DNA of 64,000 nucleotides from Bacteroidaceae bacterium (GTDB lineage Bacteria; Bacteroidota; Bacteroidia; Bacteroidales; Bacteroidaceae): NCBI GenBank assembly GCA_045657945.1, contig JAZOUB010000041.1, positions 43,987 to 107,986 of the forward strand, read 5' to 3'. Shown piece by piece: positions 28,601 to 33,956 of this stretch (position 1 is its first letter; each line of letters starts with the position of its first letter). The notes under the pieces were generated by a model. It saw only the letters and a program-made list of their open reading frames with translations, ran no database searches and was not told where the DNA came from. The position numbers and the translations under genes were made by a program.

Positions 28601-28851
28601 TCTGTCGGGAAACCGTGATAACGCATTACAATAGCGTATGCTGTGGGTACACAGCCGGCCTTTGCATTGGTCGAGCCACCATAACTTGTGAAAATCTGTT
28701 TGTTGAACGGTGAGTTCTGCCCCCAACTGGCGGTTTCAAGGTAAACCTTTTCACCCATCGTGGTGGCATCGTAATTGTCCTGCGCACTTACATTTGCTAC
28801 CATAAAGATGGCGCAGATGGCAAGCACTGTTACGCGTAGAAAGTTTTTCAT
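19669..28851 (-). CDS. Giant (3060 aa) multidomain T9SS cargo: peptidase C10 + GH33 sialidase + lectin-like and InlB-B-repeat-like modules + T9SS CTD
   Basis: Uninterrupted 9.2-kb ORF. Signal peptide MKNFLRVTVLAICAIFMVANVSAQ. The C10 motifs are about 65% identical to the stand-alone protease. Sialidase YRIP motif plus three Asp boxes. Many repeats of the form ..GY.F.NW.. Pro/Glu linker PDPEPEPEPDPTP. CTD is IYDLQGRKLNEITEPGFYIVNGKKIFVK. Confidence 0.85.
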   Translation of the reverse strand: MKNFLRVTVLAICAIFMVANVSAQDNYDATTMGEKVYLETASWGQNSPFNKQIFTSYGGSTNAKAGCVPTAYAIVMRYHGFPTEGTAKTLYNCQAPTYVEITDRVYDFSKMPLTYNSDWTQEQIDEVSKFFSHILHACFPSSIGTGATTVNEGSDSKVLNDYFNYQLINASYQANFTMEQWIEKIKESIDNGCPIPYASDNSGTGDTRHMFVLDGYTANNYFHFNFGWNGSGNGWFKLDAITPSQGDNYSWIDGAEHYALFNLAPKTEKFTVTATATPSNMGTVSINGGTAGTTASAEINENFTATLTAHPADGYALANWTKNGVIVGTKNTLQVKVGASDNDYVANFDDEANVLVEKDCTFNISSVEISGANGSYCSTWTTSDGIVLNCSKGSEPAYALSTTVNTFFAKAPVGNSETLVSDITYTLTAPAGYIIKSYSFKGKSPSSSYTIDVTIGGNTTNVNNAAAGVVFSASDINSQSTSFVLGSTYAGRAGLAILEDGVTVTIQSEGGASTPTPDPEPEPEPDPTPTTYAVTTTANPAAGGTAKFAVGTGSQKTQGDVENGTQITLYATANTGYNFVNWTLGGNVVSTEATCNVSVAQASNYVANFESNTPTEPTTSLAGKFFRLKVKNTTNYMNIANTSNNTGSTSGVTVVAKNESSDTQIFLFEQSGDGYKLKANSGNYIKCHAWNANANTTSANDATVLTFETTGNELEYLIKWDNTNMNNGVERDDYFKAENGYVYCDAASNAASTWVLEEVIPSNEKTLNLTFADVTYTNYAGNTINSGWGYKAVVNTTPTVTIKVDGITNNNLGWTTKVNGNKTPYLAKATNFTISIPEPYKIAGYSMTIRGEGDSFSGDVTYTATNNNTGTIAISGTTEKTISATGLETNTINIGVGGTAGNGIFITALEITYIEEEFVPAMFQAEVENWRNDNPNTHLGTITIGGTAMKLTPAHQTASELTMPLAEGTTLAFTRKYRGFEFNGFYIGATSLGTNPTLTADNVAAINETTPLVAKFTATNDVTLFYDDDEFSYRIPAIAKTGTNRLVAVSDYRHSHDDIGRDNHGTGTNRVDLVMRTSDDNGATWTAKQTIAEGTSTFGYGDAAIVANGQDILVMAVAGNVFYPNANATNKNKTYRIYSNNNGQSWTKEEVTSNIFGLFDEAYATFFGSGKLAVDPDFNGTGKARVYGAILLKNSARSTNNYVLFSDDWGATWNILGGSKTHIAEADEPKVEILPNGQVLLSSRHASGGSRVFNVFTYGNDKAAGEGTWGTAVSGCSNEGKNGTNGEIICLDAKQTNGKPTKILLQSQPQGGSSTWDRKDVTIWYKEIGNETQTPSSIAGGWTKGLQVSTVQSAYSAMALQENGEIAFFFEEAPCHNDDNTYGYSMVYVPLTIEEITNNNFLNPNADVEYVPVEFNIELTDTEGNIYRETLDYVPNDAAAVATYLTTTYPFITLGENGAIADNTYTNTVTLPFKVSNANTTVWHNIYWPANTRENDYPVYLSASSKDDTYVPKVTDSYAYGNHPTYNTLDGNEKISWAIYNVNNGFEFIFKNKVTQKYIQVTNVADDGAQNVVYVENIEEATAFTIFNKPAGNDYYTPAQYALAAKVGETTGYLCSTSATGYNYATHYFNNSNNGYGHQGAWIEFVEAPDYQAIIDALTENVAKFGAGDGNYTDNNDINAIKAIIENIANTPLNTLNTHTETVQNVKESYREVVLTVNDEETETVPGSVSITVNGSAAETVNNKFVPANATVSILATANPGYRFVNWTRPAAQASAAARTAEARNSNVVSDQNPYTVTVSEALSLEANFEQIVVDVVLTEIIGTNAGQTNEYRIRLDGFTNGITKETVAAKLVELYPYIALGEKSEDEVIDNGKLQINGNSYTYTNNVILPFKVSNAQNEIWHNIYWPSNTKNNDYPVYLSASSADDTYVPKVTGSYAYGDHPTYNTMGGNPKIAWAIYNVNNSFEFIFKNELTGKYIQVTSVANGDAQNVVYVENAIDATVFTIEKKPAGNDYYTDAQYSLTANVGEEKGYLCSTSATGYNYATHYNSNGHQGAWFEFVESPYYEVMLNDTYAMYYYYAGVGEGKCIITDALVPIVENLGDFEKWGGLTYNTINAYAAILEEAWRWPAIKLNIKPTEGGTTSINGEENVTKKKAPIGYQLPLVATPAVGYHFVNWSDSTSTVLSENAEYTTSTSGSKNWVTNINVNFAINIYNINVTAGEGGSATASATNVEHGSEVTLTATPSTGYSFAGWYDGENLISAEASYTFTVTSHINYTARFNEVPTGTVAIHITVASTDGTTVTNAVDGNVKAIINNIGQAWATDADFVVGADVELVASSDYDQKAYLFDGWYKNDVLVSKELAITVQATEAATYQARFFRGCVVIGEPKSNRIGYVTKITLPDGTSLGYDASNRAVVKEGTEVMINTWLSYGYETIWKDENDNIVGNEQNLVITIEKDVTYTATFEPASYNLTVRANDDSYGTVTAESDTSSGTTIKVGHNMEATITATANTGYYFVNWTKGTDVVSSENPYTIPGIANVENMEDAEYVANFLPVENATAGVYYRIGYDGFAAAASAGAARAAGDVVTIDLTTGAFGGQTGDKTTYSQWTSDNGVNIIARDANGTEIASMKYNNGFQLHLIDGVTTPVEYTITVPEGYTLTEMSYKNGYRTYDMTVSYNSENVSLNGGTSVQTITFIEGETSFKLSGIIGRYIYVTALTMIETGNSEGDEGEGSGETPETPANRYYIQSEASGVTNKANALLMTKETGAASIFYYADNKLLSYDKGTYIKEDGGTRGLQAVGTSGTVTITTSGETTTIAAPSYLHAVDGTTRYVDHCSGNPDNHATNHNFVLEEVESLPVTIGSALHATFYAPVAVEIPEGVRAYVLKEKNITADSWVTMTMLQNGIIPANTGVILRSDEAKIYDFIITENTDAARAEAVGNILEGTVAKSYVNKDAYILTKKSNGVGMYPLSNNSYITGGATATFTNNSHKAYLPVEGNFAQLLQQGTGFRFVFDDGTTEIEEIEREVEDTIYDLQGRKLNEITEPGFYIVNGKKIFVK
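22128..24640 (-). repeat. In-frame tandem duplication inside the giant gene (2 units of 1257 nt = 419 codons; boundaries approximate)
   Basis: An identical 26-29-mer, GAAGCCGACAGATATACCGGGTAATCGTT, starts at 23084 and at 24341. Protein blocks are also repeated, for example LPFKVSNA..WHNIYWP.NT..NDYPVYLSASS.DDTYVPKVT.SYAYG.HPTYNT and GYLCSTSATGYNYATHY. Confidence 0.7.
24672..25780 (-). other. GH33 exo-alpha-sialidase catalytic domain region of the giant protein (approx. aa 1025-1393)
   Basis: FSYRIPAIAKT (Y1033, the RIP motif). Asp boxes SDDNGATW, SNNNGQSW, SDDWGATW. Also EPKVEILPNGQVLLSSR. Confidence 0.8.
28057..28734 (-). other. Peptidase C10 domain region of the giant protein (approx. aa 40-265)
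   Basis: ASWGQNSPFN, AKAGCVPTAYAIVMRYH (Cys67), TRHMFVLDGY, FNFGWNGSGNGWF. Confidence 0.8.
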
Positions 28852-29018
28852 GGTGTGTTATATTTTGTTTTTTATTATTTGCCATTTTGTGCAATTTACA
28901 AATGTAGTAATAATATAAATATTATTAAAATTTAAAACGATGTTTATTGTGTGTTGCGGCAAAAACAACAAAATTTCAAAAGGCTCTTATATATATTCAA
29001 TCTCCCTCCGCTTCGCTC

Positions 29019-29040
29019 GTCCCTCTTTTGAAAGAGGGAC
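29019..29040. repeat. REP-like palindrome GTCCCTCTT-TTGA-AAGAGGGAC
   Basis: Perfect 9-bp stem, preceded by the CTCCCTCCGCTTCGCTCG motif that also occurs at 33523-33540. Confidence 0.5.
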
Positions 29041-29071
29041 AGTATTTGTTGCTCTTGTATATGTTTAATCT

Positions 29072-29100
29072 TCCTTTAGGCCTTTAAAGCCCTTTTAGGC
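29072..29100. repeat. Short phased CCTTT(A)AGG array
   Basis: CCTTTAGG CCTTTAAAG CCCTTTTAGGC lies upstream (in gene orientation) of the giant gene promoter region. It belongs to the TAAGG/AAAGG array family. Confidence 0.4.
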
Positions 29101-29116
29101 ATTATTATAATAACAT

Positions 29117-29148
29117 AAAACGCCCCTCGCTGGTGCGAGAGGCGTTTT
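29117..29148 (-). terminator. Rho-independent terminator after the 651-aa cargo gene
   Basis: AAAACGCCCCTCGC-TGGT-GCGAGAGGCGTTTT, 20 nt past the stop at 29168. Confidence 0.6.
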
Positions 29149-29167
29149 ATGTTGTGTGTTGCCTTAG

Positions 29168-31123
29168 TTACTCCACATAAACCTTCTTGTTACCAATGAT
29201 ATATATGCCCTTAGGAAGGCCTTGCAGTTTGTTCACACGGCGGCCATCAATGGTATAGACAGGTAAATCTGTTGTAGTTTCCACGACGTCAATTCCGGTT
29301 GTTTCGCCTACAACGAGGGTGGCATCAACGATAAAACCACCATTGGCAATGATACCATTGCTACCGGTTGGAGTACCGTCAGCAGCGAGCTGTCCGCCCG
29401 GGTCTACGCTATTCCAGTCAACCTTGAAGCGAATACGGTAGGTACCCGATTCTGCCGGAGCCAGGAATGAAGGACAAGCCATGGTATTGCGGCTATTGCC
29501 GGTGAGATATGAGCCTGCAGAATTATAGCCGCTTGCATCATTGTTGAAATCTCCCGAATAGAAACTGAAACTCTTTACCTCGGTACCCGTCTGGTCGGTG
29601 TTGCCTTCGGCAAACGAGAATTGTTTGTCGTTGTTTTCATCAATGAATACATAACCGTGCATCCATGTACCGGTATATGAAAGTTCTGCTGTCAAACTCT
29701 CACCAGGCAAGCACTTCAGATAGTTGCTTTCCTTTGTAGTCAAGTCATTGTAAACTTTACTGCCGGTCACATTCAGGGTCTGTTTTTCGCCACCGGCAGC
29801 CGACAATGACACAGCATTGAGCTTGCGGTCGGTGCGGGTCGCTGTGGCGTTCTTCGGGAAATTGACAGGATAAGTGCCGTCATCCTCAACTTCGATTTCA
29901 CCCTCCACTGTAGCAAATACTGCAACGAGGTCTTTGTTTTCAGTCATTACCACTGTGTATTCGGGCTTGTAAGAAACGATAGTTCTGCCTTTGCGCCATC
30001 CATGGAAGAAGAAACCTTCTTTCACCTCTGCCACGACAGTGAGTTCTGTGCCCGGTTCAACATCCAACGCTTTTTCGGTTGCATCCTTGATAGCCACTGT
30101 ACCACGCTCGGCAACATTGGCCGAGACTTTCAATGTGCGGTGTGTCTGGGCAGCACCAAAATCAAACGGCAAATCATACATTGTGCCATAGAAACCGGCG
30201 TTGGCCGACTCGCCGCCACTCTGATCTACGCGTATGCGGAAACGGCCATTCGTCGCATTGCCTGCAGGCACGGTGAATTCAGCTTCAATCAATTCGCCCA
30301 AAGTTGGCTTTACGCTTTGTTCAAAAGTGCCGTCACCGTCAAAGTCGGCCCATACTGTTACCTCCAAACCTATCTCGTTTGCACCAAGTAGCTTTGCAGT
30401 CAACTTCACATTACCTCCGTGCATCAACTTCGCACGTTCCTTTGTGTATAGTGTGTAGCGTCCGGTAGTCGCCGGTTTGTAGTGTAATTCGGACAACACG
30501 CCCTCGCCGGTGATATCCACTTGAGTCAAGCGGGTCTTTGCCGAATATGTTCCACAAGGCATTCTGTAGGCAGCGATAGCAGGGCAGACATCGGGGTCTT
30601 CATCGGCTGGAGGCTCCGGAGCTGTTGTATTATAACTGGTCTCTGTGATTTCCCAATACGAATTTCCACGACCTGTCTTCACATAGTAGGCTACAACACC
30701 GGTAGCGCCTTTGTTGAGGCCGAGTGTCGCATCTTCGTTGTAATTGATTGTACCTTGGTCGTTGGAAGCCAGGAAATATGTCGTACCGCTACCGGTTGTG
30801 CCGGCTCCGGTACTTACATAATATTCCACAGGGTCATTACCCAAGCTCACATTTGTACTCAATGTTATATTAGACGACTGCATATATGTTTCAGTCGCAA
30901 CGTTCTTGATGTAATAGCAGTTGTCCTTGCCTGTAGGGATAAACTGCCACACATACACACCATTGTCTGCATTCAGTGCACCGGTCTGCATCATCCCGTC
31001 TGCTGCGTAGATATACGAGCCCGATTCACCATTGCGGTTGATTGTATAATATTTGTCTTGTTCAAAGGCCCAACCTTGAAAAACAGTGACCAGAGACAAG
31101 AATAGGAAGAATATCTTTTTCAT
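29168..31123 (-). CDS. T9SS cargo protein, lectin/adhesin-like (651 aa)
   Basis: The internal ATG (MKKIFFLFLSLVTVFQGWA) was chosen. Ricin-type-looking N-terminal module (YYIKN). Two D-x-D-G-D-type segments (ADFDGDGTFE, FIDENNDKQF). One InlB-B-repeat-like unit (EGFFFHGWRKG). CTD is VYTIDGRRVNKLQGLPKGIYIIGNKKVYVE. Confidence 0.75.
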   Translation of the reverse strand: MKKIFFLFLSLVTVFQGWAFEQDKYYTINRNGESGSYIYAADGMMQTGALNADNGVYVWQFIPTGKDNCYYIKNVATETYMQSSNITLSTNVSLGNDPVEYYVSTGAGTTGSGTTYFLASNDQGTINYNEDATLGLNKGATGVVAYYVKTGRGNSYWEITETSYNTTAPEPPADEDPDVCPAIAAYRMPCGTYSAKTRLTQVDITGEGVLSELHYKPATTGRYTLYTKERAKLMHGGNVKLTAKLLGANEIGLEVTVWADFDGDGTFEQSVKPTLGELIEAEFTVPAGNATNGRFRIRVDQSGGESANAGFYGTMYDLPFDFGAAQTHRTLKVSANVAERGTVAIKDATEKALDVEPGTELTVVAEVKEGFFFHGWRKGRTIVSYKPEYTVVMTENKDLVAVFATVEGEIEVEDDGTYPVNFPKNATATRTDRKLNAVSLSAAGGEKQTLNVTGSKVYNDLTTKESNYLKCLPGESLTAELSYTGTWMHGYVFIDENNDKQFSFAEGNTDQTGTEVKSFSFYSGDFNNDASGYNSAGSYLTGNSRNTMACPSFLAPAESGTYRIRFKVDWNSVDPGGQLAADGTPTGSNGIIANGGFIVDATLVVGETTGIDVVETTTDLPVYTIDGRRVNKLQGLPKGIYIIGNKKVYVE

Positions 31124-31217
31124 ATGGATTTCTTTGTTTAAAGATGTGGAAAAATCCGGAATAACCAAAGCACACCCGGTGTCCGAGGTGCTCGGCCTAT
31201 TCCAATGATTCACTACA

Positions 31218-32828
31218 TTATCTCTTTGTTGATTCTCCTGGCATAGTCACTTTGAACAAGTCGCTGGTTGTATGCTCCTGGTTGATGATTTGTACCATCT
31301 TTTGAACCACATCAGGATTTTCTGCGGCAACGTCAGTATCTTCGTGCACATCAACAGCGAGATCGTACAACAGTGTCGCACCATCCTTCACTACCAACTT
31401 CCAGTCGCCCATACGCAACGCCATCATATTTGTCTCGTGGAACTCCCAGTAGAGGAATTCATGCTTTTCCTGTTCAGCATCATTTCCACGAAGGGTATTA
31501 TTGAACGAGATACCGTCCCAATATTGTGTAGCTGTGCTCGCCTTACGACTGTAAGCATCGCCGTTGAGTCCTGCATAGTCGAGGAGTGTAGGCATGAGAT
31601 CATAGAATGCCAACTGGTGATCGTTCACTGTACCTGCAGGAACCCCGGGGCCTTTGACAATAAACGGAACACGGATACCGCCTTCGTGTGTAGAACGCTT
31701 GGTTCCACGCAACAGACCGTCACGGTTGAACCAATCGGGGTCAGCTCCGCCTTCTTCGTGAGGGCCGTTGTCTGATGTGAAGATCACGAGAGTATTGTCT
31801 GCAAGTCCCTTTTCTTCCAACTTCTCGAAAATTTCGCCCACCTGAGCATCGAGACGAGTAATCATGGCTGCAAATTGTGCATGTCGGTTGGAATTCTTGT
31901 AATACCAAGAGGAGAATGCACCGCCAAAGCCACTATCGTCACATTCAAATGCCTGGATATACTTTTGCAAGATACTGTCATTAGGCTGCCACAGCTCGGC
32001 GTGAGGCAGAGTATAGGTAAATATACCAATGAATGGCTTGTCAGCCTCCTGACGGTCTAACCAATCCAAAGCATATTGGTGAATGAGGTCGGCTGTGTAT
32101 TGCTCGCGATTCTCATAGTCTGCATTTCCTGACGACACATCACGATGCTGGATGTTCTGCTTCAATGTATCTACCACAATATGCTTGTCGCCATACTTCT
32201 CGGGGTCGTAACGATTCAAGAAGTTTGGATAGTATGTGTGTGCCTGGAATTGGCAGATTGGACCATAGTAGCAGTCGATGCCACGCTTGTTGGGCAATGA
32301 GGCCGAACTGCTGGTAGCAGAGGCACTGGTAATGGTATTGCCGTCTGCATCCACTTTATAGGTATCGGGGTAGTTCATGTTGTAGTAACCACCGGCCCAC
32401 TTTCCGAACATACCGGTGCGATAGCCTGCTTCCTTAAACAATTCAGGCACAATCTTATGTGTGTTCTTATAAGGCTCCTGACCTATGATATGATAGTCTG
32501 GATTCGAGCCAAACATGTTTTCCCGACGTGCACTTTGCCAGTACTCGCGATTACCACGTACGTGAACGTGGCCTGTATGCTGGCCTGTCATGAAACAGGC
32601 ACGCGATGGTGCACTCACCGGGCTACCGGCATAAGCTTGAGTGAAGCGCATACCCTCGGCAGCCATTCTGTCCAAGTTGGGCGTAGAAATCAATTGTTGA
32701 CCATAGCAACCCAAATCACCGTATCCCATATCGTCGCACATTATATAAATAATATTAGGACGATCTTGTGCTGCAGCCACGGCAGGCAGGATGCCGGCGA
32801 AAAGCATAAATGCATTCTTTTTATTCAT
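31218..32828 (-). CDS. Sulfatase (arylsulfatase family, Ser-type formylglycine motif), secreted
   Basis: Signal peptide present. Metal site IIYIMCDDMGYGDLG. Signature PVSAPSRACFMTG has Ser at the FGly position, which implies an anaerobic maturase encoded elsewhere. No T9SS CTD. Confidence 0.9.
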   Translation of the reverse strand: MNKKNAFMLFAGILPAVAAAQDRPNIIYIMCDDMGYGDLGCYGQQLISTPNLDRMAAEGMRFTQAYAGSPVSAPSRACFMTGQHTGHVHVRGNREYWQSARRENMFGSNPDYHIIGQEPYKNTHKIVPELFKEAGYRTGMFGKWAGGYYNMNYPDTYKVDADGNTITSASATSSSASLPNKRGIDCYYGPICQFQAHTYYPNFLNRYDPEKYGDKHIVVDTLKQNIQHRDVSSGNADYENREQYTADLIHQYALDWLDRQEADKPFIGIFTYTLPHAELWQPNDSILQKYIQAFECDDSGFGGAFSSWYYKNSNRHAQFAAMITRLDAQVGEIFEKLEEKGLADNTLVIFTSDNGPHEEGGADPDWFNRDGLLRGTKRSTHEGGIRVPFIVKGPGVPAGTVNDHQLAFYDLMPTLLDYAGLNGDAYSRKASTATQYWDGISFNNTLRGNDAEQEKHEFLYWEFHETNMMALRMGDWKLVVKDGATLLYDLAVDVHEDTDVAAENPDVVQKMVQIINQEHTTSDLFKVTMPGESTKR

Positions 32829-32982
32829 ACTAACTATCGGTTTTGTATTTTGTTTACAAATAAAACTTTTATTGTTCCATCAAACTTTTTGGGGTTCACC
32901 TCAATGGTCAGGTAGAGCCTTTTCATAAAATGGTTGGTTATGTGTGTAAAAATAGTATTTATTTTTAGAAAATGCAATATTT

Positions 32983-33110
32983 ATAAGGGATTAAGGGTGA
33001 TTAAGGGCTCTAAGGGTAATTAAGGGGGTTAAGGGCTCTAAAGGTTCTAAGGTGCTAACATTAGTTTCCCTTAATGTTCCTTAGTCCCCTTAGTGTTCCT
33101 TTCACTCTTT
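32983..33110. repeat. Composite TAAGG array: 8 direct TAAGG(G) units then 3-4 inverted CCTTA units, 9-10-bp phase
   Basis: TAAGG starts at 32984, 32992, 33002, 33011, 33021, 33030, (33039 TAAAGG) and 33048. CCTTA starts at 33069, 33079, 33088 and (33098). Confidence 0.7.
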
Positions 33111-33130
33111 ATACTCCTTTTGCTGCTTTC

Positions 33131-33166
33131 AAAAAACGGAGCAGGTCTCCGGAAAGGCCTGCTCCG
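33131..33166 (-). terminator. Rho-independent terminator closing the 33.2-33.6 kb non-coding block
   Basis: The minus strand reads CGGAGCAGG-CCTTTCCGGAGA-CCTGCTCCG followed by TTTTTT. Confidence 0.55.
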
Positions 33167-33257
33167 CAACTTAAACTAATGAAAAAATTTACTTTGGAAA
33201 GTAAATGCGTGTAGTCAAAGAAAAATTGTCAAAAACTGACTTGTTTTGCCAGTTTGC

Positions 33258-33407
33258 AAAGCTCGCCGATAGGTCAATTTGTGGATTAGTTCCAGAGGTT
33301 ATCCCATTGGCTCGCTTTTTTATCAGCGACCCGCGGGGCGCAACCTGTGTCTGCGCTGCCCGCGACCATTCGCTAAAAAGCTCGCCGATAGGTCAATTTG
33401 TGGATTA
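33258..33407. repeat. 31-nt perfect direct repeat (33258-33288 and 33377-33407)
   Basis: AAAGCTCGCCGATAGGTCAATTTGTGGATTA occurs twice, 119 nt apart. On the minus strand each copy starts with a TAA stop that follows a W(D/G)NLW coding remnant. Confidence 0.8.
33286..33369 (-). pseudogene. Possible decayed or truncated copy of the W(G/D)N(L/I)W-tail peptide gene (27 codons)
   Basis: MVAGSADTGCAPRVADKKASQWDNLWN*. Only the C-terminal WDNLWN resembles the intact copies. Confidence 0.3.
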
Positions 33408-33616
33408 CTGCCACAAATTGCCCCATTGTCAATGCGTGCCTCAACGAGACCCGCACGGCGTGACCGAGATGTCCACGCTACGTGCGACCAACCTCTGCAC
33501 GCATCAAAGGAGCCACCTTGTGTCTCCACTTCGCTCGTGGGGAGCCTAATTAAAGTTGACAAAGCCGCCTTTTCGCATCCCGCGCGGCATGACCAATGTC
33601 CATGCTACGCGCGACT
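33328..33616. repeat. Three homologous GC-rich imperfect hairpins (33328-33367, 33448-33489, 33578-33616)
   Basis: GACCCGCGGGGCGCAACCTGTGTCTGCGCTGCCCGCGACC; GACCCGCACGGCGTGACCGAGATGTCCACGCTACGTGCGACC; CATCCCGCGCGGCATGACCAATGTCCATGCTACGCGCGACT. Confidence 0.7.
33405..33428 (-). pseudogene. Possible relic of the same peptide gene (QWGNLWQ*, preceded by in-frame TGA)
   Basis: CAA TGG GGC AAT TTG TGG CAG TAA. Asn and Leu use codons synonymous to those of the intact copy (AAT TTG versus AAC CTC). Confidence 0.25.
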
Positions 33617-33637
33617 AACTGCTGTCGGCTTTATCGA

Positions 33638-33672
33638 TTAAAATAAATGAGGAGCCTCCTCATTTATTTTAA
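33638..33672 (-). terminator. Terminator hairpin overlapping the stop of small ORF 2
   Basis: TTAAAATAAATGAGGAG-C-CTCCTCATTTATTTTAA forms 17-nt perfect arms, A/T-rich at the base. Confidence 0.55.
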
Positions 33673-33833
33673 TTCCAGAGGTTACCCCATGTTCCGCGGC
33701 TGCCACCCGAGAGCTGGCCACCGTTTGAGGTATCTACTGTCTTTTCGTTATCCATTTTGAGTGAAGCTGCAAGCATTGCCTCCGCCTCAACATTTACCTC
33801 TACCATGAGAGGTGATACATAAGTCTTCTTCAT
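33669..33833 (-). CDS. Small W(G/D)N(L/I)W-tail peptide, copy 2 (54 aa)
   Basis: Hand-translated, below the track cutoff: MKKTYVSPLMVEVNVEAEAMLAASLKMDNEKTVDTSNGGQLSGGSRGTWGNLWN*. Paralog of 19428..19613 and 47040..47204. Confidence 0.5.
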   Translation of the reverse strand: MKKTYVSPLMVEVNVEAEAMLAASLKMDNEKTVDTSNGGQLSGGSRGTWGNLWN

Positions 33834-33871
33834 ATATCGTATAATTCTTTATTCGTTTTTTTATTGCGCCA

Positions 33872-33944
33872 GTAGGGGCAGACCGATGTGTCTGCCCTAC
33901 ATTTGCGCTATTTCTGCAGGGCGAACACATCGGTTCGCCCCTAC
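33872..33944. repeat. REP-like palindromic element (GTAGGGGCAGACCGATGTG family)
   Basis: GTAGGGGCAGACCGATGTGTCTGCCCTAC ... GGGCGAACACATCGGTTCGCCCCTAC forms two local hairpins plus a 19-nt outer inverted repeat with 2 mismatches. It is related to 36253-36304. Confidence 0.7.
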
Positions 33945-33956
33945 ATTATGTGATTT

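Noticed and set aside
31124-31213. N-terminal extensions of several track ORFs (31124-31213, 36213-36290, 37147-37221, 41136-41183, 41515-41547, 50673-50726, 57296-57370, 39709-39747).
   Set aside because: The extensions lack signal-peptide character or run into palindromic repeats. In each case an internal ATG gives a canonical signal peptide or family-typical N-terminus, and for the MATE gene it also removes a gene overlap.
33328-33616. Possible CRISPR array, suggested by three similar GC-rich palindromic repeats.
   Set aside because: There are only three copies and they are imperfect (about 70-80% alike). Spacing is irregular (about 120 and 130 nt) and much longer than CRISPR spacers. There are no cas genes and no leader.
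33205-33641. Track ORFs of 114 aa (+), 120 aa (+) and 79 aa (-) covering the 33.2-33.6 kb block.
   Set aside because: All three overlap one another and read straight through GC-rich palindromes and direct repeats, giving Arg/Pro/Ala/Cys-rich translations. None has a signal peptide, recognisable motifs or a sensible start context. They are treated as artefacts of repeat DNA.
33872-33944. Invertible promoter (inverton) bounded by the 19-nt inverted repeats.
   Set aside because: The segment between the repeats is only about 35 nt and has no TAnnTTTG box in either orientation. No invertase gene is nearby. The structure fits a REP or terminator element better.
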